The position numbers and the translations under genes are program-made. Positions 11,085 to 20,954 of a stretch of DNA of 64,000 nt are shown here, in pieces. Each line of letters begins with the position of its first letter. Positions within the stretch are counted from its first letter, which is position 1. Below the pieces are notes generated by a model. That model was not told the origin of the DNA. It did not search any database and saw nothing but the letters and a program-made list of their open reading frames with translations. Location: assembly GCA_041572275.1 (NCBI GenBank), contig JBFFSQ010000002.1, forward strand, positions 1,983 to 65,982, read 5' to 3'. The DNA is from Gammaproteobacteria bacterium. GTDB lineage: Bacteria > Pseudomonadota > Gammaproteobacteria > SZUA-229.

Positions 11085-11339
11085 ACATATATCGATTCAG
11101 GTAAACGGAGCAGCCAACATCTAGTGTAGTGTAAACATTCTGGCTGATAACAGAGTTAATCAGCTAGAACACTGCTTACACAAGTACGCACTAGATCTGT
11201 TGGATTCAGCCTTGAGCAATACACTCGTAACAGGCAATGATCGAAGCCTGTAACAGCCGTATGCAATGACTGACTGAATTTACAGACATGCATGTTAACA
11301 TCCACATTTTTAACCCTAACGACTGAGCCGCTGGCAGCG

Positions 11340-12407
11340 ATGAATACTATGAGTAGTTACTGGAGTTCAATTGTTCACAATCTCACCCCTTATGTACCAG
11401 GTGAACAACCCAAAGTGAATAATCTGATCAAGCTTAATACCAATGAAAACCCCTATGCGCCATCACCAAAAGCATTACAGGCACTTGCAGCAGAAGTAAC
11501 AGATACACTCCGACTATATCCCGACCCTAATGCCGAACAGCTGAAAATCGCCATCGCTGATTATTATGAGCTCTCAGTATCACAGGTGTTTGTAGGTAAT
11601 GGCTCAGATGAAGTTTTAGCCCATGCTTTCCAAGCCCTGCTTAAACACGAAAAGCCACTTCTGTTCCCTGATATCAGTTATAGCTTTTACCCGGTGTACT
11701 GTGGACTCTATGATATTGACTATCAAGCTATTCCTCTAACGGATAACTTTGAAATCGATGTAAATGATTATGAGCTAGACAATGGTGGCATCATATTCCC
11801 TAATCCCAATGCACCCACCGGGCGTTTACTGGCTCTGGAAGCAATTGAAATCCTGCTTAAGAATAATGCCCAATCTGTAATTGTGGTCGATGAGGCTTAC
11901 ATCGACTTTGGCGGGCAATCGGCTTCAGCACTGGTAAAACATTACCCTAATCTACTGGTAATACAGACGCTCTCCAAATCACGATCACTGGCTGGACTGC
12001 GTGTAGGCTTTGCCCTCGGTCACCCTGAACTGATTGAAGCGCTGGAACGCGTTAAAAACAGTTTTAATTCGTATCCTCTGGATCGATTGGCAATTAGCGG
12101 TGCGGTAGCAGCAATACAAGATCATGATTACTTTGCATTAACATGTGCAAAGATCATTCACACGCGTGAAAATCTGGTACAGCAATTAACCGACCTTGGA
12201 TTTGAGGTTATTCCCTCTGCTGCCAATTTCGTATTTACTCGTCACCCATCACGAGATGCTGCCAACCTGGCCCAGCAACTGCGCGAACGCTCAATTATTG
12301 TCAGACATTTCAAACAGGCACGTATCGAACAGTATCTACGTATCACCGTGGGCACGGACGACGAGAATCAACGTCTCTGCCAGGCTTTGAGCGAGATCAT
12401 AAGTTAA
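11340..12407 (+). CDS. hisC: Histidinol-phosphate aminotransferase
   Basis: [19 protein letters not shown]-lysine region [13 protein letters not shown]; ORF-track start 11292, internal ATG at 11340 fits the HisC N-terminus better. Confidence 0.9.
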   Translation: MNTMSSYWSSIVHNLTPYVPGEQPKVNNLIKLNTNENPYAPSPKALQALAAEVTDTLRLYPDPNAEQLKIAIADYYELSVSQVFVGNGSDEVLAHAFQALLKHEKPLLFPDISYSFYPVYCGLYDIDYQAIPLTDNFEIDVNDYELDNGGIIFPNPNAPTGRLLALEAIEILLKNNAQSVIVVDEAYIDFGGQSASALVKHYPNLLVIQTLSKSRSLAGLRVGFALGHPELIEALERVKNSFNSYPLDRLAISGAVAAIQDHDYFALTCAKIIHTRENLVQQLTDLGFEVIPSAANFVFTRHPSRDAANLAQQLRERSIIVRHFKQARIEQYLRITVGTDDENQRLCQALSEIIS

Positions 12408-12500
12408 TTACTAATATCTAATAGAGATAATTTAAGCTAAACAGAATGATTTGCTGATGCGAACAACAACTGGAAGGGTAAAACTTAAGCGTATAACGAC

Positions 12501-12529
12501 CGGGCCATGATTAAAATAACCATGGCCCG
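12501..12529. terminator. Bidirectional hairpin between convergent hisC and cspA
   Basis: CGGGCCATG...CATGGCCCG stem. Confidence 0.5.
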
Positions 12530-12541
12530 ATACTAACTGGA

Positions 12542-12751
12542 TTAGATAGGCACTACGTTTTCAGCTTGAAGGCCTTTTTGACCCTGTGTAACTGTAAATT
12601 GAACTTTCTGGCCTTCAGACAGTGTTTTAAAACCTTCAGCCTGGATTGCGCTGAAATGAACAAAAACATCAGGACCTGACTCTTGTTCGATAAAGCCAAA
12701 ACCTTTGCTTTCGTTGAAAAACTTAACTGTGCCGGTGGTAGTTTCTGACAT
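12542..12751 (-). CDS. cspA: Cold-shock protein (CspA family)
   Basis: [18 protein letters not shown]1 motif, [11 protein letters not shown]2; 69 aa; long AT-rich 5' region upstream (12752-13240), typical of csp leaders. Confidence 0.93.
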   Translation of the reverse strand: MSETTTGTVKFFNESKGFGFIEQESGPDVFVHFSAIQAEGFKTLSEGQKVQFTVTQGQKGLQAENVVPI

Positions 12752-13241
12752 ACTAAATCCCGTAAAATAATTTATTAAGCCTATAATGGCAGTGTAGCTG
12801 AGAAATGCAGATTTTAATTATGAATTTCAGGACGAGGAACTTCTGAGGAAATACCGTAATACTGTACATAAATATATAGCTGATTTTCTAGCTGAATTCG
12901 ATTATAACAGCCACCAATACTTCGTCAACGCCTATATCCACCTTTATTTAAAAACTACATCTATATAATTAACCACTTAATTTAGCATCAATAAATGACA
13001 GAATTATTTAACCCAATACGTTATTAAAGCAGGATATCAGCCACTCCAATCATAACCACAAAATACTAACAAATACAATAACTTACATGATATCTTGACT
13101 GGATAAATATCTTACATTCAACATCGGATTTTCAGTAAAGCAGAAACCATCAACTGTCATTCTTATTTCATTAAGTAAGAACAATTGCCCGCAAAATGAC
13201 AGCGAAAACGAAGCCGCGTAATCATTAAGCCAGCTCAGTCA

Positions 13242-14027
13242 TTATTTGTTCATTGATAAGGCAACAATTTTTTCATTACTGGAAACAATACTGCGGGCCA
13301 TATCCTCAATGAGTTTTTCGACAGTATCGGGACGAGTGGTTAAGAGGTGCTTAAAACGATCACTTTGTACAACCAGGACCGTACAGTTTGAGCTGGCAAT
13401 AACAGTGGCTGTTCGAGGTGTGCCGGTCAATGCAGCAATGGCTCCAAAAATTTCATCCCGATGAACCTGTCCAACAGGTGTATCACCAACAACAACCTGA
13501 GCAGAACCAGAAATGAGAGTAAACACCTCATTTTCAGTCGCACCTTCCTGAATGATTACATCGTCTTTTTCGTATTCACGGATTTCAGGACGAAACTCAA
13601 GCTCTTCATGGTTATAGGAGGCGGCCAACAGCTGATATGCCTTGAACATACTAATCAGATACTGATTCCATGCAGACAAACGTTGCTGGTCAGACTGTAT
13701 ATAATCAACCAAAACCTGACCGTCATATTCATCGACAATAATGGCGAAACTGGTTGAGATTTGGGTGTACTGAGTCAGATACAGTCGGTCTAGTCCGACT
13801 AAATCACCTTCCTCGTGATTGATAATGATTCTGCTATCCAGTGTCTCTCTAAGCAAACCTTCTTTGATCAGGTAAACAGATTGCTGACTAAAATCAACTT
13901 CAGATTCTGCAGTTAAGCGTCTGTTTTCTGATTTCAGTGGTGCGCCAGCAAGAAACTTTGCAGCCCAGGACCGGCATTCATCCCATAAGTGTATACATTG
14001 ATCAGGACAGGGCTCATTGGTAAACAT
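13242..14027 (-). CDS. Cyclic nucleotide-binding domain protein (two cNMP-binding modules, no DNA-binding domain)
   Basis: C-terminal EIFGAIAALTGTPRTATVIA is a canonical Crp/cNMP-binding signature; N-terminal half has a second cNMP-like beta-roll. Confidence 0.65.
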   Translation of the reverse strand: MFTNEPCPDQCIHLWDECRSWAAKFLAGAPLKSENRRLTAESEVDFSQQSVYLIKEGLLRETLDSRIIINHEEGDLVGLDRLYLTQYTQISTSFAIIVDEYDGQVLVDYIQSDQQRLSAWNQYLISMFKAYQLLAASYNHEELEFRPEIREYEKDDVIIQEGATENEVFTLISGSAQVVVGDTPVGQVHRDEIFGAIAALTGTPRTATVIASSNCTVLVVQSDRFKHLLTTRPDTVEKLIEDMARSIVSSNEKIVALSMNK

Positions 14028-14142
14028 ACAAATTTAAAGTCAGGATAGTCATTAATAACTTAAAGTATAGATTAATCAGGATAAAAAAATAGCCTTCGGT
14101 TGTTGATATCCTTTACCATTAATACACGGTATCCACCAAGCG

Positions 14143-14607
14143 ATGAAACCCATGTCTGATTGCTGCTCATCATCAAAACCCCAAATATTTCGATCCAGTT
14201 GCCCTTTATGCAAGCACGAGTGTAAATCAGTAACACTGGCAACAGTTCAGCACCATCTACCCTACCCGCTCAATACACAATTGAATACCAGCCACTATTA
14301 TTACTGTTCGGCACCAGAGTGTACTATCGGGTATTTTTCTGATAATGACCATCTCATCTACTATAAACAGTTAAGAGATGGCGAAGGCGGTAAACAACAC
14401 TGGCTGTGTTATTGCTTTGGCATATCCAGAGAGCAGTTTCTACAAGAACTGGCATCCCTCTCAGGCAGTCAGGCAAAAGCTTTCGTGATTGAGCAAACCA
14501 GAGCCGGTCATTGTAGCTGTGAAACACGTAATCCCTCTGGGCAGTGCTGCCTGGCTGAGTTCAAACACCTGGAGAGCAATCACAAACTATCCAACAACCG
14601 ATCATGA
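14143..14607 (+). CDS. Cysteine-rich metal-binding protein with BFD-like [2Fe-2S]-binding C-terminal domain
   Basis: CPLCKHEC, CSAPEC, then CYCFGIS...(33 aa)...CSCETRNPSGQCC, matching the BFD-like C-x-C...C-x-x-C spacing. Confidence 0.55.
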   Translation: MKPMSDCCSSSKPQIFRSSCPLCKHECKSVTLATVQHHLPYPLNTQLNTSHYYYCSAPECTIGYFSDNDHLIYYKQLRDGEGGKQHWLCYCFGISREQFLQELASLSGSQAKAFVIEQTRAGHCSCETRNPSGQCCLAEFKHLESNHKLSNNRS

Positions 14608-14617
14608 GAACTGTCTA

Positions 14618-14860
14618 TCACTTCTTATTAGCGACCGCCATTCCCTGTTTCGTCTGCTTAATCGCCTGTCGCACATGATGCAATGCCTTAACCCTGTGTC
14701 CACCTTTGTTCCAGGCCGCCTTCTCCAGCGCTTTCTCTGCACGCTCCAGATTATTCAATGCAATCTCCATCAGTGGCTGATTACCTGCATAGGCAGGCGC
14801 TGTAGTTACCAGACAAGCCAGTGCAAAAGACAAGATCACAGGATTTATCGTATTGTTCAT
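14618..14860 (-). CDS. Small secreted/periplasmic protein
   Basis: MNNTINPVILSFALACLVTTAPAYA signal peptide; GGAG SD 8 nt upstream of the ATG at 14860; ORF-track start 15001 is probably upstream read-through. Confidence 0.5.
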   Translation of the reverse strand: MNNTINPVILSFALACLVTTAPAYAGNQPLMEIALNNLERAEKALEKAAWNKGGHRVKALHHVRQAIKQTKQGMAVANKK

Positions 14861-14944
14861 AACATTAACTCCATGATAAAAAATTAATGCGCTATTATTG
14901 ATTGATCCGAGCATGAAAACAACGCCGCACTGAACCATACCCTT

Positions 14945-15520
14945 ATGAGCAAGACACACCAAAACAAACGCAGTAATGACACCATCATTTCCCAAACTCA
15001 ATCATGGATAGAGACAGTTATTATTGGTCTCAATTTCTGCCCGTTTGCTAAACGCGAATATGATCACGACAACATTCGCTACAGTATTTGCCATGACATT
15101 CAGATTGAAGACTGTCTGCACAAACTTATCGATGAATGTTTAGAGCTGGACAGAAAATCCGAGATTGAAACAACGCTATTGATCTTTCCAGATAGCTTCA
15201 TCGATTTCGATGATTATCTTGATTTCGTTGATCTAGTCCATGCCCTCCTGGATGATCAGGGTTATACAGGTATCTATCAAATCGCCACTTTCCATCCAGA
15301 CTATTGTTTCGAAGACTCAGCAGACACTGACCCTGCAAACTATACCAACCGTTCACCTTATCCCATGCTGCACATCATTCGTGAAGCTAGCCTTGAACGT
15401 GCTTTACAGAACTATCCTCAGCCAGAAAACATTCCCAAGCGCAATATTGAACTTGCACGCAGTCAGGGTCAGGCTAAAATGCAGGCTTTACTTGATGCCT
15501 GCTACAAGCACAAAGCATGA
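14945..15520 (+). CDS. DUF1415-family protein
   Basis: GLNFCPFAKRE motif characteristic of DUF1415. Confidence 0.6.
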   Translation: MSKTHQNKRSNDTIISQTQSWIETVIIGLNFCPFAKREYDHDNIRYSICHDIQIEDCLHKLIDECLELDRKSEIETTLLIFPDSFIDFDDYLDFVDLVHALLDDQGYTGIYQIATFHPDYCFEDSADTDPANYTNRSPYPMLHIIREASLERALQNYPQPENIPKRNIELARSQGQAKMQALLDACYKHKA

Positions 15521-15544
15521 TTTCACAAGTCGCTGGAGCAAAAT

Positions 15545-16342
15545 GTGCCTGATATAAAAGTGAGTGGACTGACGATATACCCGGTTAAATCATTAGCACA
15601 TATCGATTTAAGCTCATCACTCATCGACTCATTCGGTCTATCGTATGATCGACGATGGATGCTTGTTGATCACCAAAATCGATATATTACGCAACGTCAA
15701 CATGCCCGTATGTGTTTAATTCAGACTCAATTAAATGCCATGCAACTGACGCTGAGCGCACCTGACATGCCTGATATTGTGATTACGCCAGCTTCGAATC
15801 CAGTACAACGTCAGGTAACCGTCTGGGATGATCAATGTAGTGCCATCGATTGCGGTAATAATGCCGCTGACTGGCTAAGTCAATTTCTAGGTATTACTTG
15901 CAGATTAGTCTACTTCCCTGATGATGAAATACGTATTGTCGACCAAAACTATGCACAAGCAGGTGATAGTACAGCTTTTAGCGATGGCTTTCCCATACTG
16001 CTGATTTCACAGTCCTCACTGGATGATCTCAATAGTCGTCTGAATAGTCCCGTCCCTATGGTCAGATTCAGGCCTAATATTGTTGTCTCTGGCTGCGCTC
16101 CATTTGCTGAAGACAGCTGGAAGAAAATACGCATCGGGAATGTAATCTTCAGACTGGTAAAACCCTGCAGCCGATGCGTTATTCCGACTATCAACATTGA
16201 TAGCGCTGAAAAATCACCAGAGCCTATTCGCACTCTAAGTACATACAGGAAACGTAATAATAAAGTGTTTTTTGGACAGAATGTTATCGCTGAAGGCACA
16301 GGCAGCCTATCACTCAATATGCCTGTAGAAATACTTGAATAA
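15545..16342 (+). CDS. MOSC domain-containing protein (YcbX-like, N-terminal beta-barrel + MOSC)
   Basis: IYPVKSL N-terminal motif and conserved C-terminal Cys (KPCSRCVIPT) typical of the MOSC family. Confidence 0.75.
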   Translation: MPDIKVSGLTIYPVKSLAHIDLSSSLIDSFGLSYDRRWMLVDHQNRYITQRQHARMCLIQTQLNAMQLTLSAPDMPDIVITPASNPVQRQVTVWDDQCSAIDCGNNAADWLSQFLGITCRLVYFPDDEIRIVDQNYAQAGDSTAFSDGFPILLISQSSLDDLNSRLNSPVPMVRFRPNIVVSGCAPFAEDSWKKIRIGNVIFRLVKPCSRCVIPTINIDSAEKSPEPIRTLSTYRKRNNKVFFGQNVIAEGTGSLSLNMPVEILE

Positions 16343-16406
16343 AGGCGTTTATATTACTATTAATTAATGATGCACAGGGACAGCATATACACCCAGTGAG
16401 ATTTTA

Positions 16407-17699
16407 TTAAACATAAAAATAAAATGTCGCTCCTTTACCTTCTTCACTTTCTGCCCATATTTTTCCACCATGGCGGTGGATGATACGCTGCACTGTTGCC
16501 AAACCTATACCGGTACCTTCAAACTCATTACCGTGAAGCCTTTGAAAAGCCCCAAATAATTTACCCGCATATTTCATATCAAAGCCAACACCATTATCAC
16601 GCACAAAATAGACATCTTTGTCATCTATTACCGTGTAGCCCAGCTTGATAACTACCTGTTCGCTGTCTCTAGAATATTTGAGGGCATTGCCCAGTAAATT
16701 ATCTAGAACAATTGCTAACAGCTGCCTATCTCCTACCACTTTGAGATTGGGTTCAATCTGGATATCAACAGCTTTCTGGTAACCCGCCTCAGTCAGGTTA
16801 TTTATTACAGATCTCGCAAGTTCAGACAAATCAACCGGGCCTTTTATCAAAGGCAACTGGTTCATTCGCGACAATCGTAGTAAATCCTGTATCAGATCAT
16901 CCATTCGATGACTAGCATTTAAAATCCTGTGCAAATAATCCATTCCAGTTTCATCAAGCTGATCGACACAATCCTCGAGCAAGGCCCTGGAAAAACCTTC
17001 AATCGACCGTAAAGGTGCGCGCAAGTCATGTGATACAGAATAACTAAATGACTCCAGCTCCCGATTTGTAGACTCGAGTACTGCAGTTCTCTCTTTTACT
17101 CTTTGTTCAAGATCTGCATTCAGTGATTGCAGCTCTTTGTAAAGGTAGGCATTTTCAACACCTGCGGTAACTTGTGATGCGAACATTGAAAGAATATCCA
17201 GATCATTTTTATTAAAGTCACACCCATCAAGTTTATTAACTGCAGCAATCCCGCCGAGAAAATACTGTTTACCAATCAGTGGCACTAGTACCAAAGTACC
17301 TGCTTCCTTTTCCCATTTATTTCTTTCTTCGTCACCCAAATCATCCAGAACTCCCTGCCACCAGGCGCGCTTATGTCTCCACACCCATCCACACACACCA
17401 ATATCCAGCGACAAGGTTTCGCCCACAATCTCATCCACATTCTTGCCAAAACCTGCACGATAAGTATATTGAGTAAATTCTTTATTTAACACAGGGATCA
17501 ATATCGTTTCTGCATTTATTATTCTGGAAGCACGTTCTGCAATTAACTGAAGCAAACTATCAAGATCGAGCTGGTGAGCGGCTGCATCACTCGTTTCCTT
17601 GAGGATCGAAATTTCTTTTTCGCGATTGATTAGCTGCTGTTCAAGCTCAGCAATTCTGGCACTGTCTGTTGCTTTACTTGCACACATAATTGTTCCCAA
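16407..17699 (-). CDS. Cytoplasmic GAF-domain sensor histidine kinase
   Basis: N-terminal coiled coil, GAF-like region, HisKA H-box SHDLRAPLRSI, HATPase_c (GTGIGL); no TM segments; no cognate regulator adjacent. Confidence 0.85.
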   Translation of the reverse strand: MGTIMCASKATDSARIAELEQQLINREKEISILKETSDAAAHQLDLDSLLQLIAERASRIINAETILIPVLNKEFTQYTYRAGFGKNVDEIVGETLSLDIGVCGWVWRHKRAWWQGVLDDLGDEERNKWEKEAGTLVLVPLIGKQYFLGGIAAVNKLDGCDFNKNDLDILSMFASQVTAGVENAYLYKELQSLNADLEQRVKERTAVLESTNRELESFSYSVSHDLRAPLRSIEGFSRALLEDCVDQLDETGMDYLHRILNASHRMDDLIQDLLRLSRMNQLPLIKGPVDLSELARSVINNLTEAGYQKAVDIQIEPNLKVVGDRQLLAIVLDNLLGNALKYSRDSEQVVIKLGYTVIDDKDVYFVRDNGVGFDMKYAGKLFGAFQRLHGNEFEGTGIGLATVQRIIHRHGGKIWAESEEGKGATFYFYV

Positions 17700-18028
17700 T
17701 CACAATAGATCTAACAATATGAGTATAGACACAGCTCAGCCCAATACAATAAAGCATTGTCTGCTTGTTTAACAAAAATATATCCGAATTTATTCGGGAT
17801 TATGCAGCGCAAAATGGCATTCTTTTGATACTTATCTGACCCCACACAAAGGAAACCAAAATTCAAGAACAGGGTCTGTGCACAGGCTTATTACATGTAA
17901 AGCAACACACCTGGTTGAACAATCCAGTGCATACACAAGCTGATACTGACAGGCGTCGGATAAACGCCTGAACAGAGCAAAAACAATGCTTAACGTGGCA
18001 ATTGATCAATTAACTTAATGTAGACTGT

Positions 18029-19156
18029 CTAGAAAATTTTCACCTCTTTAACACTTTCCATAATTCGAATAGCTTCATCCATATTGATTTTATCTGGATT
18101 TTCATCACTCTGTTGAGCCAATATTTGATAGAGCTCATCCTGTTCCAGTGTGAACTGATGTCCATCTGCGGACTGTACAAATGCGGCCCAGGGTACAAAT
18201 TTGGTCAATGGAAAAGTCTGCCCTTCCTGAGGTGATATATCAATATTCAGGCCGGCAATGTACACAACGCGTTTGCCACGATACCCTTTTTCCTTGGCAA
18301 TTGTTCTGAACGTACGATCAAATTCAACCTGCGTATTGATCATGGCTGCTACTAGCAAAGGTGATTCATTACTAACAATCCACGGCATGACTCGCAGGAG
18401 ATTATTTTCAATGTGTGACTGTCCTTCAATATCGCCTTTTATTTCCCGTTTAAAATAAAAATATTCAGGCTTTAAACCGTCACCAATTACCTGTCCATCT
18501 TTTGAACCCTTAAAGTAATCGACCAGGCCATCATGTAATCTGAAACTTTTTGAGGTACTGTATGAATGCACAGGCTTAATTTCATCGTTATCAGACTTAA
18601 TTAGCTTATCAACATGAATAAACAAACCTTCCTTTCTATCCATATCAAGCAACTGATTATCAATAACCAGGAGCATTTCATCATTTTTATGATGTATATG
18701 GATATTATTAATCGCAAACTTGTATTCCTCAGTATACCATTCCACGACATTACCGACCTTGCCACAACTATCTGACATTTCATTGTGTTCGGTACACATG
18801 CGACGATAAACCCCAAATTCTTTCAACTCAGGGTCATATCCCACATGACTGGCATTGATGATCACCATGTCCTTACCGTGTTCTGCATGTGGCCCATGTC
18901 GATCAGTTGCAACAACACCACCCACTACACCGTGATTAAATGGAAAAGTACCAAAATGCTTGCTGATCAGAATAATCGGATACCCCTGGCTTTCATCTGA
19001 ACAGAATGCACGTGAGGGCATAATTTTACCCGGCTCAAACCCTAGTGATTTGCAGTAGTTATAGAGACGGGGAACAAAACTGCTATATCGGAACAGTCGA
19101 TTCTCCAGTTTAAATTCTCCCAGTACATGACTGATATCTGCATTTGATTTAAACAT
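18029..19156 (-). CDS. Conserved hypothetical protein, possibly an LCIB-like beta-carbonic-anhydrase-fold protein
   Basis: 375 aa; Cys52 ... His104 ... Cys131 spacing resembles the Cys/His/Cys zinc triad spacing of LCIB-family proteins as I remember it; otherwise unassigned. Confidence 0.3.
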   Translation of the reverse strand: MFKSNADISHVLGEFKLENRLFRYSSFVPRLYNYCKSLGFEPGKIMPSRAFCSDESQGYPIILISKHFGTFPFNHGVVGGVVATDRHGPHAEHGKDMVIINASHVGYDPELKEFGVYRRMCTEHNEMSDSCGKVGNVVEWYTEEYKFAINNIHIHHKNDEMLLVIDNQLLDMDRKEGLFIHVDKLIKSDNDEIKPVHSYSTSKSFRLHDGLVDYFKGSKDGQVIGDGLKPEYFYFKREIKGDIEGQSHIENNLLRVMPWIVSNESPLLVAAMINTQVEFDRTFRTIAKEKGYRGKRVVYIAGLNIDISPQEGQTFPLTKFVPWAAFVQSADGHQFTLEQDELYQILAQQSDENPDKINMDEAIRIMESVKEVKIF

Positions 19157-19241
19157 TATTATTTTCCAATCTAGAATCGCTTATTTAATTTGATGTTACG
19201 TATTTAAGATATCCGCTTTAATCCGAGTAATCTTCTCAAGT

Positions 19242-19475
19242 TTATAATTCAGGTCCTAGTATGAACTCTACTTCATTAAAACCGTTCTCTTCCAGGGCCT
19301 CCAGTATATCTTCCCAATCATAATCCGGAATCTTTTCTTCTACACCGGCAATAATTCCTGTTGCTCGACGATAGATCTCATGCTCTTCATAATCATCCGG
19401 TATTTTTACCAGACGTATTTTTTCACTCACTTTACTAGGCAATATCATTAATTTATCAGACATATTTATCTCCAT
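19242..19475 (-). CDS. Small acidic hypothetical protein
   Basis: 77-aa ORF between two minus-strand genes. Confidence 0.35.
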   Translation of the reverse strand: MEINMSDKLMILPSKVSEKIRLVKIPDDYEEHEIYRRATGIIAGVEEKIPDYDWEDILEALEENGFNEVEFILGPEL

Positions 19476-19612
19476 TATTTTTGGACATACACTACAACTC
19501 TTTATTCCGGTGTCATGCCTTTATGAGCCATCACTGTTATATGCAGCTTACGCAACAATACTCATCGCCGTCTTTGATTTTATTCAAACAACCGTGATTA
19601 TTCCTGATTCAA

Positions 19613-20158
19613 TCACAGCTTACATTGCGGCCAGCCATATCCCCAGCGCCAGGGCAACAGGCTACAGGGCTTGCCACCCGCGCGAACTGCCTGAAACATC
19701 ATTTGTGCTGACAGACTAAATAATACTTTAATTTCCTCTCTTGAATGACCCGATGATTTCACCAATGCCTCACTAACCTGTTGCCCTGTTTGCTCCACAC
19801 AGGCTTTCAATTCAGCATCTGCCTGTAAGCGCTTCTCATAACCCTGCTCAGTGATCCCCTGCCAGTAAAGCTTATCATGAGCAACACAACAGGCCTGCCA
19901 GGGTGGCTGATGACCAAAACGCTTATTAAACGCAGGCATCAAGGTTGCCATATACTGCCAGGCATCAGATAAACCACCACTACAACCATCGCTGGTAAAT
20001 ACCTGAATACCATCACTGGCATGGGCCTGCTCATGTGCTAGCCATTGCATCTGCATACGCTCGACCTCAATCATAGCCTCGGTCAGAGGATCTGCCATTG
20101 CAGCCCCCGTAACCAGCAGTATATTCATCAATAATCCCATAGATTTCAGCATCATCAT
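19613..20158 (-). CDS. Secreted prokaryotic phospholipase A2-like protein
   Basis: Signal peptide (LLVTGAAMA); D-G-C-S and C-x-x-H-D-x-x-Y motifs echo the Streptomyces-type PLA2 DLCS / CARHDFGY signatures; 5 further Cys for disulfides. Confidence 0.4.
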   Translation of the reverse strand: MMMLKSMGLLMNILLVTGAAMADPLTEAMIEVERMQMQWLAHEQAHASDGIQVFTSDGCSGGLSDAWQYMATLMPAFNKRFGHQPPWQACCVAHDKLYWQGITEQGYEKRLQADAELKACVEQTGQQVSEALVKSSGHSREEIKVLFSLSAQMMFQAVRAGGKPCSLLPWRWGYGWPQCKL

Positions 20159-20254
20159 TCATCATCTCATCAAGTACTCCCCGTTAACTCTAACAAAAAT
20201 GAGTCCACGACAAGCTGGATAAATCACCATACTGGTGAGCGTCGATGGCTAAAC

Positions 20255-20283
20255 TTGACCTTTGCGCAAATGTTCTCTAATCT
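20255..20283 (+). promoter_or_regulatory. Sigma70-like promoter of lexA (-35 TTGACC, 17-bp spacer, -10 TAATCT)
   Basis: Hexamers read directly from sequence at the expected distance upstream of the lexA start. Confidence 0.5.
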
Positions 20284-20300
20284 TTCTCTATAGAGAACAT
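20270..20300. promoter_or_regulatory. Perfect 31-bp palindrome overlapping lexA -10/+1: candidate (non-canonical) LexA operator
   Basis: ATGTTCTCTAATCTTTCTCTATAGAGAACAT; outer arms ATGTTCTCTA/TAGAGAACAT, inner TCTCTATAGAGA; no CTGT-N8-ACAG box present. Confidence 0.45.
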
Positions 20301-20301
20301 A

Positions 20302-20907
20302 TTGAAAGCATCAATCATGATTACCAATAGCCAGCGTAAAACCCTGAAATTCATCCAGCATTTTGTCGCAGAACACGGCTACGCACCAACGCTGAAAGAA
20401 ATCGCCGACGGCATTGGCATCCTCTCCCGTGGCGTCGTGCACCGCTATGTACAGGCACTGATTGAGGCGGGTTATCTTGTTCATGATTCCGGTCGCCATC
20501 GCGGCCTGCATTTAGTTGAATCACAATCAATGACTCACCTGCCCCTGCTCGGTAAAATCGCTGCGGGCCAGCCCATCGAAGCCATTGAGGGTGAAAATGA
20601 CATCAACCTGTCCAGCTTCTTCATGGGGCCTGGTCGTTTTGCCCTGAAAGTACAAGGCTCTTCCATGATTGATGCCGGCATACTGGATGGTGATATCGCC
20701 ATTATCAAACAACAAAATTATGCGCATAATGGCGATATTGTAGTGGCATTAATTGATAATAACGAAGCTACGCTCAAAACCTTCCACGCCGCTCCCAGCG
20801 GCCAGATCAAGTTAATCCCAGCTAATCAGCACATGCAGCCAATGATTTACGATGCTGAGCGCATACAAATACAAGGTGTGCTGATTGGTTCCATGCGTCG
20901 CTACTAG
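20302..20907 (+). CDS. lexA: LexA repressor (SOS regulator, S24 peptidase)
   Basis: N-terminal winged HTH; catalytic GSSMIDAGI and downstream Lys; length 196-201 aa; the ATG at 20317 (MITNSQRK) is the more likely start than the TTG at 20302. Confidence 0.92.
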   Translation: MKASIMITNSQRKTLKFIQHFVAEHGYAPTLKEIADGIGILSRGVVHRYVQALIEAGYLVHDSGRHRGLHLVESQSMTHLPLLGKIAAGQPIEAIEGENDINLSSFFMGPGRFALKVQGSSMIDAGILDGDIAIIKQQNYAHNGDIVVALIDNNEATLKTFHAAPSGQIKLIPANQHMQPMIYDAERIQIQGVLIGSMRRY

Positions 20908-20954
20908 GTACCCGATCATGATTGATACTAATATTGCCTGCCCAATCCTTTTGA

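Noticed and set aside
17952-17972. CAGGCG...CGCCTG hairpin downstream of the 375-aa gene
   Set aside because: No adjacent T-tract on the relevant strand; not a convincing intrinsic terminator
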